A stretch of DNA of 64,000 bases, taken from positions 6,304 to 70,303 of the forward strand of contig JAICRU010000002.1 in the NCBI GenBank assembly GCA_025937235.1, in the 5' to 3' direction. Within the stretch, counting starts at the first letter, position 1. Each line of letters opens with the position of its first letter. The notes below the pieces were generated by a model. It saw nothing but the letters and a program-made list of their open reading frames with translations, was not told the origin of the DNA and searched no databases. A program made the translations under genes and the position numbers. This document shows positions 1-11,670 of this stretch, in pieces. The stretch is from Acidimicrobiia bacterium (lineage in GTDB: Bacteria > Actinomycetota > Acidimicrobiia > Spongiisociales > ZC4RG35).

Positions 1-373
1 GGACGCCGCCCGATCTCACCACCCGGGCCGCCTCGGCAAAGAGCCGACCGTGATCCTCGATGTGCTCGATGACAAGGACGCAGACCGCACCGTCCAAAGA
101 GTTCTCACGGAGAAACCCGAGATCAGGCAATGAGCCCTCGGCTATCGGCCCTGATGAGGCGGCTCGTCGAGCCAGCTCATGGTTCACGTCCACGCCAATG
201 GGCCTGGCACCGGCGGCGGCAAGCATCCGCATGACCCGCCCCTCACCACAGCCGAGGTCGAGATAGGTCTTGCCCGCCTTTGCGCTCATCACGTCGAGCA
301 GCATCGGGGTCACCACGCGGTCGTAGGCGGGGTCGGTGGCGATCTCTTCGAGCCACCATTCGGTCAGGTCGGA
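1..373 (-). CDS. Class I SAM-dependent methyltransferase; N-terminal part only, gene runs off the left window edge
   Basis: Minus-strand translation from ATG at 373..371 gives MSWSDLTEWWLEEIATDPAYDRVVTPMLLDVMSAKAGKTYLDLGCGEGRVMRMLAAAGARPIGVDVN..., with the glycine-rich LDLGCGxG SAM-binding motif I. No stop codon before position 1. Confidence 0.55.
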
Positions 374-754
374 CCAGGACATGACGTGATTCTGGTAGCC
401 AGATCAGACCGAGATGATCACAACGACCATGGCGGCGATGATGACGAAGGGGCCATCCACCAGGGTGACGTGTATCCGATCGAGCCGGATACCGAGAGCG
501 AGAAAGGCCGCCTCGAGGGATGCCATCCGGGCCCCGAGGGCATCCATCGGCCCGGACAGTCCGTGCTCGAGGGCGGCTACATCTGACTTCGTGGCCCGTT
601 TGGCTCATCCCGGAGGTAGGCAAGGACGGCATCGAGGTCTCGGCTCGTTCCGGCCCCAATAGCTCGGCCAGGCCATGGTGGAGGTCGCCGCGCTGCGCGT
701 GGGACGGCACGCTCCGACTGTGCCAGGCGCCTATTCGACCGGATTAGAGACCCG

Positions 755-1756
755 TCAGTAGCCGAGGACTTCCTTGAACCAGGGAAGCGTGCGGCTCAGA
801 CCCTCGCGCAGGGTGATCTGCGCCTTCCAGCCAAGGACCCGCTCGGCCTTGCTGGTGTCGGGACGTCGCACCATCGGATCGTCGGTCGGCCTGGGGTGTA
901 GCTCGACACCGGGATGGCTGCCCACCACGTCCTGAACGGTCTCGGCCAACTCCAGCATGGTCACCTCTTCGGGGTTGCCGAGGTTCACCGGGCCGGTCTC
1001 GTCGGAGAGGAGCAACCTGAGGATTCCCTCCACCTCGTCATCGACGTAGCAGAGGGAGCGGGTCTGCGAACCGTCCCCGAAGACGGGAAGCGGGCGGTTC
1101 TCCAGCGCCGCCTTGAAGAAGGCAGGAACGGCTCGGCCGTCGTCGGGCCGCATACGGGGCCCGTAGGTGTTGAAGATGCGCACGATCCTGGTGTCCACCT
1201 CGTGCTCGCGGTTGTAGGCCAGGGTCAAGGCCTCGGCGAACCGCTTGGCCTCGTCATAGACACCCCGGGGCCCGATCGGGTTGACATTCCCCCAATAGGT
1301 CTCTGGTTGGGGGTTCACCAGGGGATCTCCATAGACCTCCGAGGTGGAGGCGAGGAAGAACGTGGCACCCTTGGCATAGGCCAGCCCCAGACCCTTATGA
1401 GTCCCGAAGGCGCCGACCTTGAGCGTGTGAATCGGCCACTTCAGATAGTCGAGCGGAGAGGCGGGCGAAGCGAAGTTCATCACGTAGTCCACTGCGCCGG
1501 ACACGTGGAGATAGTCGGTGACGTCGTAGTCGATGAGCCGGAACTTGCGGTCCCCCAGCAGATGGGAGACGTTGGCGGAGCTGCCCGTGATCAGGTTGTC
1601 GATACAGGTGACCTTCGCCCCGGAATAGACGAGCCAGGTGCACACGTGTGACCCGAGGAAACCGGCGCCGCCCAGGACCACGGCGTGCTTTCCCTCCAAT
1701 TCCCTGAAGCCGCCGAATGCAGAGCGGCGCATGTCGAACACGTCTGATACCTCCAA
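755..1756 (-). CDS. NAD-dependent epimerase/dehydratase, UDP-glucuronate decarboxylase (UXS)-like
   Basis: GxxGxxG Rossmann motif ([13 protein letters not shown]). The catalytic YxxxK region (VYDEAKR) and overall similarity are typical of UDP-xylose synthase / dTDP-glucose dehydratase relatives. True start may be the internal Met at about 1732. Confidence 0.8.
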   Translation of the reverse strand: MEVSDVFDMRRSAFGGFRELEGKHAVVLGGAGFLGSHVCTWLVYSGAKVTCIDNLITGSSANVSHLLGDRKFRLIDYDVTDYLHVSGAVDYVMNFASPASPLDYLKWPIHTLKVGAFGTHKGLGLAYAKGATFFLASTSEVYGDPLVNPQPETYWGNVNPIGPRGVYDEAKRFAEALTLAYNREHEVDTRIVRIFNTYGPRMRPDDGRAVPAFFKAALENRPLPVFGDGSQTRSLCYVDDEVEGILRLLLSDETGPVNLGNPEEVTMLELAETVQDVVGSHPGVELHPRPTDDPMVRRPDTSKAERVLGWKAQITLREGLSRTLPWFKEVLGY

Positions 1757-1763
1757 AGCGGTT

Positions 1764-2702
1764 TCAGGCTATATCGGCCGCGTTCGCGGCGGGTTGACCG
1801 ATCTCGTCCACCCAGAGACCATCGATCGTCCGTGCGATGTAGGAGGTGAACTCCTCAGTCCCGCGCCGGTTGAAGTGGGCGAGGTCGGCGAACATATCTC
1901 GCTCCCAATCCATGTGGAAGGTGTCGACAACAGGCACTGCCCAATCCTCCGCGTGGGTCAAGATGGACTCGATGTAGTGGTCATAGTCAAAGCTGCCGTC
2001 ATCGCCCGGGTATCGACCGGGTTCGATCAAGACCATCGTCTCGATGCCTTCGACTGTTAACCGTTCGATCATTCGACCGACCGCATCTGCCTCGTCCTGG
2101 GGCATGACGGAAGGACCGAAAGAGAGGTCCAGCGGCTGGGCGTCGTCGATCGACCGGTCGTAGTACCCCGTTTGATGACCTAGATCCGTGATGAAGTCGC
2201 GTGTTCGATCCTCGGTCGATCTCGTATCCCATTCCGATAGCAGGCCGGCTCGCTCCACCAACGCTGACCAGTGGGCCTTTTCGGTCGATGGTGCAGATCT
2301 CAACCCTGGAAGGAGAGGATCACCCGAGACTCCGGCGCCTCCGGACCACGGGGTCAGCCCGATCACGACGAGCTCGGGCCGGAGAGAAGAGAGAACGACC
2401 TGGTTCAACCACCACTCGTTCGAGAACGGTGTGCTGAATGGAATGCCAGAGTTGAATGCGGAGTCGATTCCCGATTCCTCGACCAGGACTACGGGGTCGA
2501 TGGCCGCTTCCGTGATGCTCGAGCCGAGGAAGACCACGTCGGCCTCGGTCAGGTCGCTGAGCTGATGGAACTTCACGTCTGTCTCGACCGAAGGCCACCG
2601 GGTTCCGGTCGGGAGACCGTCGCCTATCACACGAACCACACCCGCGGCCGCGGCCAGCGTCAGGGCGATTCCTACCAACACAGTGATGACTTTGGCCCTC
2701 AT
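1764..2702 (-). CDS. SGNH/DltD/AlgJ-like membrane-anchored O-acyltransferase partner protein
   Basis: N-terminal signal-anchor ([16 protein letters not shown]). A GSS block ([11 protein letters not shown]) stands in the place of the GDS motif, and a C-terminal DLAHFN matches the DxxH catalytic pair. It lies immediately downstream of the MBOAT gene, the classic AlgI/AlgJ or DltB/DltD arrangement. Confidence 0.5.
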   Translation of the reverse strand: MRAKVITVLVGIALTLAAAAGVVRVIGDGLPTGTRWPSVETDVKFHQLSDLTEADVVFLGSSITEAAIDPVVLVEESGIDSAFNSGIPFSTPFSNEWWLNQVVLSSLRPELVVIGLTPWSGGAGVSGDPLLPGLRSAPSTEKAHWSALVERAGLLSEWDTRSTEDRTRDFITDLGHQTGYYDRSIDDAQPLDLSFGPSVMPQDEADAVGRMIERLTVEGIETMVLIEPGRYPGDDGSFDYDHYIESILTHAEDWAVPVVDTFHMDWERDMFADLAHFNRRGTEEFTSYIARTIDGLWVDEIGQPAANAADIA

Positions 2703-2703
2703 A

Positions 2704-4098
2704 TCAGAACTGGAAGTAGATGAACGGGACCGCCTTCACCGACGCGAACAGCACGGCTGCGATCAGGGCTCCGCCATAGGCGATTCCACGGACGAGTGAC
2801 GGCGCATGGTCCACGGGGTTCACTCGACCGGCCAAGTCTGCCCTATCGATGAACAGCGTCAGAAGACCCATCAGTCCCACCGTCAGGGGGGCAGCCACCA
2901 GCTGTGCCCCCGCGAGCGGGCCGAAAAGCGCCTGCACGACGTCCAAGGCGTGTGAGAGGTTTGGTGCTCGGAACGGGATCCATGTCAGCGTCACGATCGC
3001 GAACACCAGGACCGCTGGGAGAGTGGCGCTCCCTGTGGCCCCCTTTCGATCTCGGGCAAACCGACGTTCGATGGCCAGATAGGCCCCGTGCAGGGCCCCC
3101 CAGACGACAAAGCCCCAGGCCGCCCCGTGCCATAGGCCCCCGAGGAGCATGGTGATAATCAGGTTTCGGTAGGTCTGCCAGCGAGTCCCTCGATTCCCCC
3201 CGAGAGGCACGTACAGGTAGTCACGCAACCAAGTCGACAACGAGATATGCCAGCGACGCCAGAACTCACTGAAACCCCGGGCGAGATATGGGGCCTTGAA
3301 GTTCTCCATCAGGTCGACCCCGAACATTCGTGCCGTGCCCCGTGCTATGTCGGTGTACCCGGCGAAGTCGCCGTAGATCTGAAGTGAGAAAGCGATGACA
3401 CCGGCAGCCACGGTCAAGCTGCCGTATCTCCCGGGGGATGAGAAGACTTCGTTGACGATGGGCGCCACGCCGTCGGCGATCACGACCTTGCGGAAGAGCC
3501 CTCGAAGGATCAGCAGTGACGAGCCCGCCCAATCGACTTGCCGTGTCGAGGCGGGCAAGTCTCGCAGCTGGGGTAGCAAGTGCTTCGCCCTCTCGATCGG
3601 TCCCGCCACCAGCTGGGGGAAGAACGAGACGAAGAGCGCGAATTGGATGAGGCTGGGCTCTGGCTCGAGGTCTCGCCGATACACGTCGATCACGTACGAG
3701 AGGGTCTGGAACGTATAGAAAGAGATGCCAACCGGCAGAATGATCTGGAGGGTCGGGAGGTTCGGCTCGAGGCCGAGGCTGGTGAGCATGGTCGCCGCCG
3801 AATCGACGAAGAAGTTCCAGTATTTGAAGAAGGCGAGCATCCCGAGGTTGCCGGCCAAGCTCAGCCACAACCAGCGACGGCGCCGTGGGCCGTCTGGCAT
3901 CGCACCGAGGCGTCTGGCGACGAACCAGTCCACGACCGTGGAGAGCATGATCAGGCTGAGGAACCTGACATCCCACCATCCGTAGAAGACATAAGAGGCG
4001 ATGAGGAGAAGCGGAACTCGCGTCCGCTTCGGGAGTGCCCAATAGAGACCTACGACCGTGGGCAGGAAGAGGGCGAACGCGAGTGAATTGAAGAACAC
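2704..4098 (-). CDS. MBOAT-family membrane-bound O-acyltransferase (AlgI/DltB-like)
   Basis: Polytopic membrane protein starting MFFNSLAFALFLP...YGWWDVRF, with a conserved His-containing C-terminal half. Length and hydropathy are typical of MBOAT. Confidence 0.8.
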   Translation of the reverse strand: MFFNSLAFALFLPTVVGLYWALPKRTRVPLLLIASYVFYGWWDVRFLSLIMLSTVVDWFVARRLGAMPDGPRRRRWLWLSLAGNLGMLAFFKYWNFFVDSAATMLTSLGLEPNLPTLQIILPVGISFYTFQTLSYVIDVYRRDLEPEPSLIQFALFVSFFPQLVAGPIERAKHLLPQLRDLPASTRQVDWAGSSLLILRGLFRKVVIADGVAPIVNEVFSSPGRYGSLTVAAGVIAFSLQIYGDFAGYTDIARGTARMFGVDLMENFKAPYLARGFSEFWRRWHISLSTWLRDYLYVPLGGNRGTRWQTYRNLIITMLLGGLWHGAAWGFVVWGALHGAYLAIERRFARDRKGATGSATLPAVLVFAIVTLTWIPFRAPNLSHALDVVQALFGPLAGAQLVAAPLTVGLMGLLTLFIDRADLAGRVNPVDHAPSLVRGIAYGGALIAAVLFASVKAVPFIYFQF

Positions 4099-4124
4099 GG
4101 CCCTGTTTCATCGGCAGGCTGAGT

Positions 4125-6947
<2,823 letters not shown>

Positions 6948-6997
6948 TCTCCGCCCGGTACTGGTCTGAGTTACGAGAGTGTAATCCAGATCGAGGG

Positions 6998-7011
6998 CGA
7001 ACGCTTGTTCG
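6998..7011. promoter_or_regulatory. Actinobacterial LexA/SOS (Cheo-type) box upstream of uvrA
   Basis: CGAACgcttGTTCG matches the CGAAC-N4-GTTCG core of the actinobacterial SOS box. It lies about 50 nt upstream of the uvrA GTG start on the minus strand. Confidence 0.5.
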
Positions 7012-7034
7012 TGTCGATGGCCTCTGCCGCCTGA

Positions 7035-8174
7035 CTACACGCGGTTGCCTGCGATCACGGCGGGTTGGCCGGGGCCGGCCTCGGCCCTGGCCTGCCTTGC
7101 TGCCGCAGGCACCATCAGCACGTAGACGGTGATGACCGGGGCCAGAGCACGTGTCGCATCGAAATAGAACTTCCACACGTCCACCACCATCGCCAACGCG
7201 ATCAAGGCAAACCCTGCCGTCATGTAGCCGATGAGGCTGGGCATCCTCCAGGCATGTTTCACGATCAGCAACGAAACGACCAGGAGGATCAGGCCGAACA
7301 TCATGTCCACCACGCTGTCCGGACGAGTCAACCACCTGACCACGGCGTCGTAGAAGCCCTTGAAAGGCAACCCGATAGCAGCCACGTCCTGCACGCCACT
7401 GTCCAGGTAGCCGATCTGGAACCGAAGATAGACCCACCAGATTGCGCTCGTGACGAAGGGGAGCCCAAGCACCGGCGGCACCTTGCGTTCCGTCTTCCAT
7501 ATGTAGATGATGGCGCCGACCGCGGCGACGATCATCGTCTCACGGGAGAGGGCTGCCAGAGATAGGAACACAGCTCCTGCGGTATACCTTCTTCGCATGA
7601 GCATCAGCACGCTGGCGATGAAGAACACCATCGCGAACACGTCTGCTGTGTCGATGATGCTCGACACCAGGATTCCGGGGTTGAAGACAAAAGCCAGTCC
7701 GAACCAGGCGCTGAGGCCCATTTCGAGGGCAAGACGCGCCGTCAGCCACCCGCCAATACCGAGAGCCAACATGTTCACGCCCCACAGGCTCCAGGCCGTG
7801 GCCAATGGAGGGAGTAGGCCGAACCCGCCGGCGATGGTGGGATAGACCATGCGCTGCGCCCGGTAGGACGGTCGATCGAGCTGATAGGCATGGTCGTCGG
7901 GCTGCTGGTAGAACGGATCCATTGCCTGCATGAAGAAGTACTTCCCATCGTGTCCGTCGCCCCCGGCTGGAACGACGTCACCGAGCATCCGTTGGCCGTA
8001 CCCGAGTTGTTCGGGCCTGGCCTCGGGAAACTTGATGAGGGCACTCGGGTTCCATTCGTTCCCTGAGAGAAGTGGCAGGGAGATATAGAGGCCGACCGCC
8101 AGGCTGATCAGCCCGACGAGTACCGGGATGATTTGACGGAGCCCGGCACTGCGCGTCGTAGTCGCCGTCGTCAT
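7035..8174 (-). CDS. Polytopic (about 10 TM) membrane protein; Wzy-like polymerase or GT-C-like glycosyltransferase candidate
   Basis: Very hydrophobic 379-aa product. Its start (MTTATTTRS, ATG 8174) overlaps the stop of the upstream acetyltransferase as ATGA. It is the last gene of the glycan cassette. Confidence 0.5.
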   Translation of the reverse strand: MTTATTTRSAGLRQIIPVLVGLISLAVGLYISLPLLSGNEWNPSALIKFPEARPEQLGYGQRMLGDVVPAGGDGHDGKYFFMQAMDPFYQQPDDHAYQLDRPSYRAQRMVYPTIAGGFGLLPPLATAWSLWGVNMLALGIGGWLTARLALEMGLSAWFGLAFVFNPGILVSSIIDTADVFAMVFFIASVLMLMRRRYTAGAVFLSLAALSRETMIVAAVGAIIYIWKTERKVPPVLGLPFVTSAIWWVYLRFQIGYLDSGVQDVAAIGLPFKGFYDAVVRWLTRPDSVVDMMFGLILLVVSLLIVKHAWRMPSLIGYMTAGFALIALAMVVDVWKFYFDATRALAPVITVYVLMVPAAARQARAEAGPGQPAVIAGNRV

Positions 8175-8749
8175 GCCGACTCCTGGAGACCGGTGGATCC
8201 CTCCGTGTACCGTCGGCCGCACTCCGGGCACGACAAGTCCGCGCCCAGCTTGGCCCCGCAGTCACAAACCCACCCCTCATGGCGGGCCGGATTACCGAAC
8301 ACCAGAGCATGATCGGGGACATCTCTCGTCACCACCGAGCCCGCCCCCACCATGCAGTTGGTACCGAGCCGGATGCCGCAGACAATCGTGCTGTTGGCAC
8401 CGATGGTGACCCGGTCTGCCACGACCGTCTTGACCCAATCCTCGGGGTAGGTCTGATAGCGGGCCCGTGGGGACACCACGTTGGTGAATACGGCGTTGGG
8501 GCCGAGAAAGACATCGTCACCGATCGAGACGCCATGCCAGATGAGCGAGTTGTTCTTCACCACCACACGATCACCCAGTCGAGCGCCGCTCTCGATAAAG
8601 GCGTGGTCGCCGATCTTGCATTCCTCACCGACCACGGCACCGTCCATGATGTGGGCGAAGGCCCACACCTTGGTCCCCTTTCCGACCTCGGCGGTTTCGA
8701 CGAGGGCAGTCGGATGCACATAGGTCTCGGTAGACACGTCAGCCGCCAT
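8171..8749 (-). CDS. Left-handed beta-helix (hexapeptide-repeat) sugar N-acetyltransferase, WbpD/PglD-like
   Basis: Repeated [LIV]-G-x-x-x-x hexapeptide units (VGEECKIGDHAFIESGARLGDRVVV...IGANSTIVCGIRLG). The position after a DegT aminotransferase is typical of nucleotide-aminosugar N-acetylation. Confidence 0.8.
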   Translation of the reverse strand: MAADVSTETYVHPTALVETAEVGKGTKVWAFAHIMDGAVVGEECKIGDHAFIESGARLGDRVVVKNNSLIWHGVSIGDDVFLGPNAVFTNVVSPRARYQTYPEDWVKTVVADRVTIGANSTIVCGIRLGTNCMVGAGSVVTRDVPDHALVFGNPARHEGWVCDCGAKLGADLSCPECGRRYTEGSTGLQESA

Positions 8750-9848
8750 TCGAACCCAGTGCCCGCCTCAGCACCTCGACCACTTCCTCCTGCTGGTCGG
8801 CGGTGATCCCCGGGTATATCGGCAGCGAGAGCATCTCTCTCGCTGCAGCCTCCGTCGCAGGGAAGTCGCCCTCTCGGTGGCCCATGAACGACAGCGCTCC
8901 CTGTAGATGCATGGGGATCGGATAATGGACGCCGGCTCCGACACCTTCGACGTTCATCGCCGTCATCACACGGTCGCGCTCAGGCACGCGGATCACATAG
9001 AGGTGCCAGACGTGCTCGTTACCCGCGAGAACCTTGGGCAGGACGACATTCTCGTCGTCGCGCAGCATCTCCGTGTAGCGATCGGCGGCCTGCTGACGCA
9101 GTTTGTTCCATTCAGCCAGGCGGGCCAGCTTGGCGCTGAGGACAACTGCCTGCATAGTGTCTAGCCGAGAGTTGAAGCCGACGACCGGGTGGTGGTACTT
9201 CTGAGGTGATCCCCAGTTGCCGAGGTTGCGAATGTGGCGGGCTAACCCGTCGTCGTCGGTCAGCACTGCACCGGCGTCGCCGTAGGCTCCGATGTTCTTG
9301 CCCGGGTAGAAGCTGGTAGCGGCAACCGTACCCAGCGAGCCAGCCGTGCGGCCGTGACGAAGGGCCCCCTGAGATTGGGCGGCATCCTCGATGATGAATA
9401 CATCTCCGATGATCGCCGACAGTTGCTCGACGGGAGCCGCCTGACCGAAGAGATGCACCGGCATCACTGCTCTCACGTCAGGGGTCAGCGCCCTCCCGAC
9501 GGCGTCGACATCGATCAGATAGTTGTCCGGGTCGCAGTCGACCAGCCGAACCTGTGCCCCAGCCCGAATGACGCCGAGGGTGCTGGCGATGAAGCTGTTG
9601 GCGGGGACGATCACCACATCCCCGGCCCCGATACCGAGGCCGCGAACGGCCATCTCGAGGGCGTCAGTGCCGCTCGAGACCCCGACACAGTGGGCCACAT
9701 CACAGAACTCTGCGAAGTCCTGTTCGAAACGCGCGACCTGCGGGCCCTGGATGAAGGCCGTCGCCCCCATCACATCTTCCAGTCCTGCCATCACTTCGTC
9801 GGCGATCTGCGCGTGCTGCCACCCCAGATCGACAAGAGGGACTCTCAT
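8739..9848 (-). CDS. DegT/DnrJ/EryC1/StrS-family PLP-dependent sugar aminotransferase (WbpE-like)
   Basis: Conserved motifs of the family, including the PLP-lysine region (SFYPGKNIGAYGDAGAV). Start chosen at MRVPLVDLGWQ (ATG 9848), which overlaps the upstream stop as ATGA. The ORF track's earlier Met gives an Arg-rich extension that looks spurious. Confidence 0.85.
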   Translation of the reverse strand: MRVPLVDLGWQHAQIADEVMAGLEDVMGATAFIQGPQVARFEQDFAEFCDVAHCVGVSSGTDALEMAVRGLGIGAGDVVIVPANSFIASTLGVIRAGAQVRLVDCDPDNYLIDVDAVGRALTPDVRAVMPVHLFGQAAPVEQLSAIIGDVFIIEDAAQSQGALRHGRTAGSLGTVAATSFYPGKNIGAYGDAGAVLTDDDGLARHIRNLGNWGSPQKYHHPVVGFNSRLDTMQAVVLSAKLARLAEWNKLRQQAADRYTEMLRDDENVVLPKVLAGNEHVWHLYVIRVPERDRVMTAMNVEGVGAGVHYPIPMHLQGALSFMGHREGDFPATEAAAREMLSLPIYPGITADQQEEVVEVLRRALGSNGG

Positions 9849-10873
9849 TTGATTGTCTCCACTTCCTGCTGCGCTCCGTTGTTGGCGATGGAGCGATCGA
9901 TCGCCTCGAGGACCGACACGACATCGGCGCCGGCCCACCCGTCCGACAGAGACCCCTCGCCCCCGCGTACGCGGGCAAGGAAGGCCTCGCATTCGGTCCG
10001 CAGCGGCTCGCCGGTTGTCACGTGCGGGATCAGCACCTGACCCTCTCTGATCTGCGACCTGAATCCGGCGAACGTGTCCGTGATCTCCGCCTCGGCACCA
10101 ACCACCCCCTTGTCATACAGACGAAGGGGCTCGTTGAGATCCATGTCGTCAACTGTCAGCATCCGCTCCGCGCCGATCACCGAGATGAGTCGGCGCTTCC
10201 GAGGGTTGAGCCATGAGGCCTCGATATGGACCACGACTCCATTCGGGTACCTGAGGGTGGCGAAGACGACATCCTGGACACCCTGGTTCAGCCAACTTCC
10301 ACCAGATGCGGAAACCGCGTCAGGCGCCGTACCCAGCCAGTAGTTGGCGATCGAGATGTCATGGCTGGCCAGGTCCCAGGCCGCGTTCACGTCCGTTCGA
10401 ACCGGCCCGAGGTTGGTCCTGGTCATCGACAGGTACTCGACCTGCCCGAGGTCGCCGGCGTCGATGTATTCCTTGGCGGCAACTATGGCGGGGTTGAAGA
10501 GAAAGACATGTCCTACCATCAGTACCCGGTCCAACGACTCGGCCAGCCGGCAGAGCTCGACAGCCTCCTCGAGAGAGTTGGTGATCGGCTTCTCCACCAG
10601 GACGTGCTTTTTCGCCTCCAGCGCCCGTCTGACGAGTTCATTGTGGGTCGAAGTCGGAGTGGCGATCACCACAGCGTCGACCCGATCGTCACCCAACGCG
10701 TCATCGATGTCAGGACTGAGGGAGACGGACGGGAATCTCTCGCCGATAGCCTTGCGTCTCGTCTCGGCCTGATCGACCACCCACAATGTTTGGCTTGACA
10801 GATGATCGTTGAAGTTCCTGACCAGGTGAGGGCCCCAATGGCCTGCCCCAACCACGGCAACGCCGATCATCAT
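9845..10873 (-). CDS. Gfo/Idh/MocA-family NAD-dependent oxidoreductase (UDP-sugar 3-dehydrogenase, WbpB-like)
   Basis: N-terminal Rossmann fold (IGVAVVGAGHWG) and an EKP motif (VLVEKPIT). The dehydrogenase, aminotransferase and acetyltransferase are tightly coupled in one operon. Confidence 0.8.
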   Translation of the reverse strand: MMIGVAVVGAGHWGPHLVRNFNDHLSSQTLWVVDQAETRRKAIGERFPSVSLSPDIDDALGDDRVDAVVIATPTSTHNELVRRALEAKKHVLVEKPITNSLEEAVELCRLAESLDRVLMVGHVFLFNPAIVAAKEYIDAGDLGQVEYLSMTRTNLGPVRTDVNAAWDLASHDISIANYWLGTAPDAVSASGGSWLNQGVQDVVFATLRYPNGVVVHIEASWLNPRKRRLISVIGAERMLTVDDMDLNEPLRLYDKGVVGAEAEITDTFAGFRSQIREGQVLIPHVTTGEPLRTECEAFLARVRGGEGSLSDGWAGADVVSVLEAIDRSIANNGAQQEVETIK

Positions 10874-10895
10874 CTGATGTTCACACTCCAAATCT

Positions 10896-11618
10896 TCATT
10901 TCTTGATCCCGAGCCCGAGCAGGAAGAGGGGTCGCAGGATCGACCACCATCCAACTATCGGCTTCATCTTGGTCTGCCCAAGTTCTTTCGGCGGATAACG
11001 CTTGGTGACACCGACTTCCGTCACCCGATAACCGAGCTTTGCTGCCTTGTAGAGGAGATAGACCTCCAACTCGTACTCATCGAGCCACCTCTGGTGGAGG
11101 ACGAGCCTGGGATCGCCAAGCATGGAGGTACGCGCAGCCCGGAACCCATTGGTGGTATCGGTCAGGTTGGCGCTCGAGATGAGACGAAAGATGAAGGGAT
11201 GGAGGCGCGTGGCGACCTTTCTGTACAGAGGCATCTCCCCATAGTCGCTCGACTCGGACAGCCATCGCGACCCCTGCACGAGATCGGCTCTTCCCGAGGC
11301 GATGGGCTCGAGAAGCAGGGGGATTTCCTCAGGTGAATCCTTGTTGTTCCCCGCCATCACCACCGCCACTTCGTACCCGTGATCGATGGCGTACTGGTAC
11401 CCGGTGCGTATGGCGGCACCGACGCCCACCGTCCGGCCCAGTTCGATGACAGTCGCGCCCGAGTCCCGGCAAACATCCGGTGATCCATCGGTGGAGCCAT
11501 CATCGACGATGAGGATCTCGTCGACCACATCGAGCGGAACTCTCCTGATCACCTCGACGATCTTCGCCCTCTCGTCAAGGACCGGCGCCAGAGCGATGAC
11601 CCTCATCCCGTCGTACAT
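10896..11618 (-). CDS. GT2-family glycosyltransferase (polyprenol-phosphate glycosyltransferase-like)
   Basis: DxD-type GT-A motifs (ILIVDDGSTDGS...). Start at ATG 11618 is preceded by AGGAG 7 nt upstream. The ORF-track start at 11708 overlaps the previous gene. Confidence 0.8.
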   Translation of the reverse strand: MYDGMRVIALAPVLDERAKIVEVIRRVPLDVVDEILIVDDGSTDGSPDVCRDSGATVIELGRTVGVGAAIRTGYQYAIDHGYEVAVVMAGNNKDSPEEIPLLLEPIASGRADLVQGSRWLSESSDYGEMPLYRKVATRLHPFIFRLISSANLTDTTNGFRAARTSMLGDPRLVLHQRWLDEYELEVYLLYKAAKLGYRVTEVGVTKRYPPKELGQTKMKPIVGWWSILRPLFLLGLGIKK

Positions 11619-11670
11619 GTGTGCACTCCTTGTCCTTACATGACGAGTGGTGCCCGAGGCGTATCTGGTC

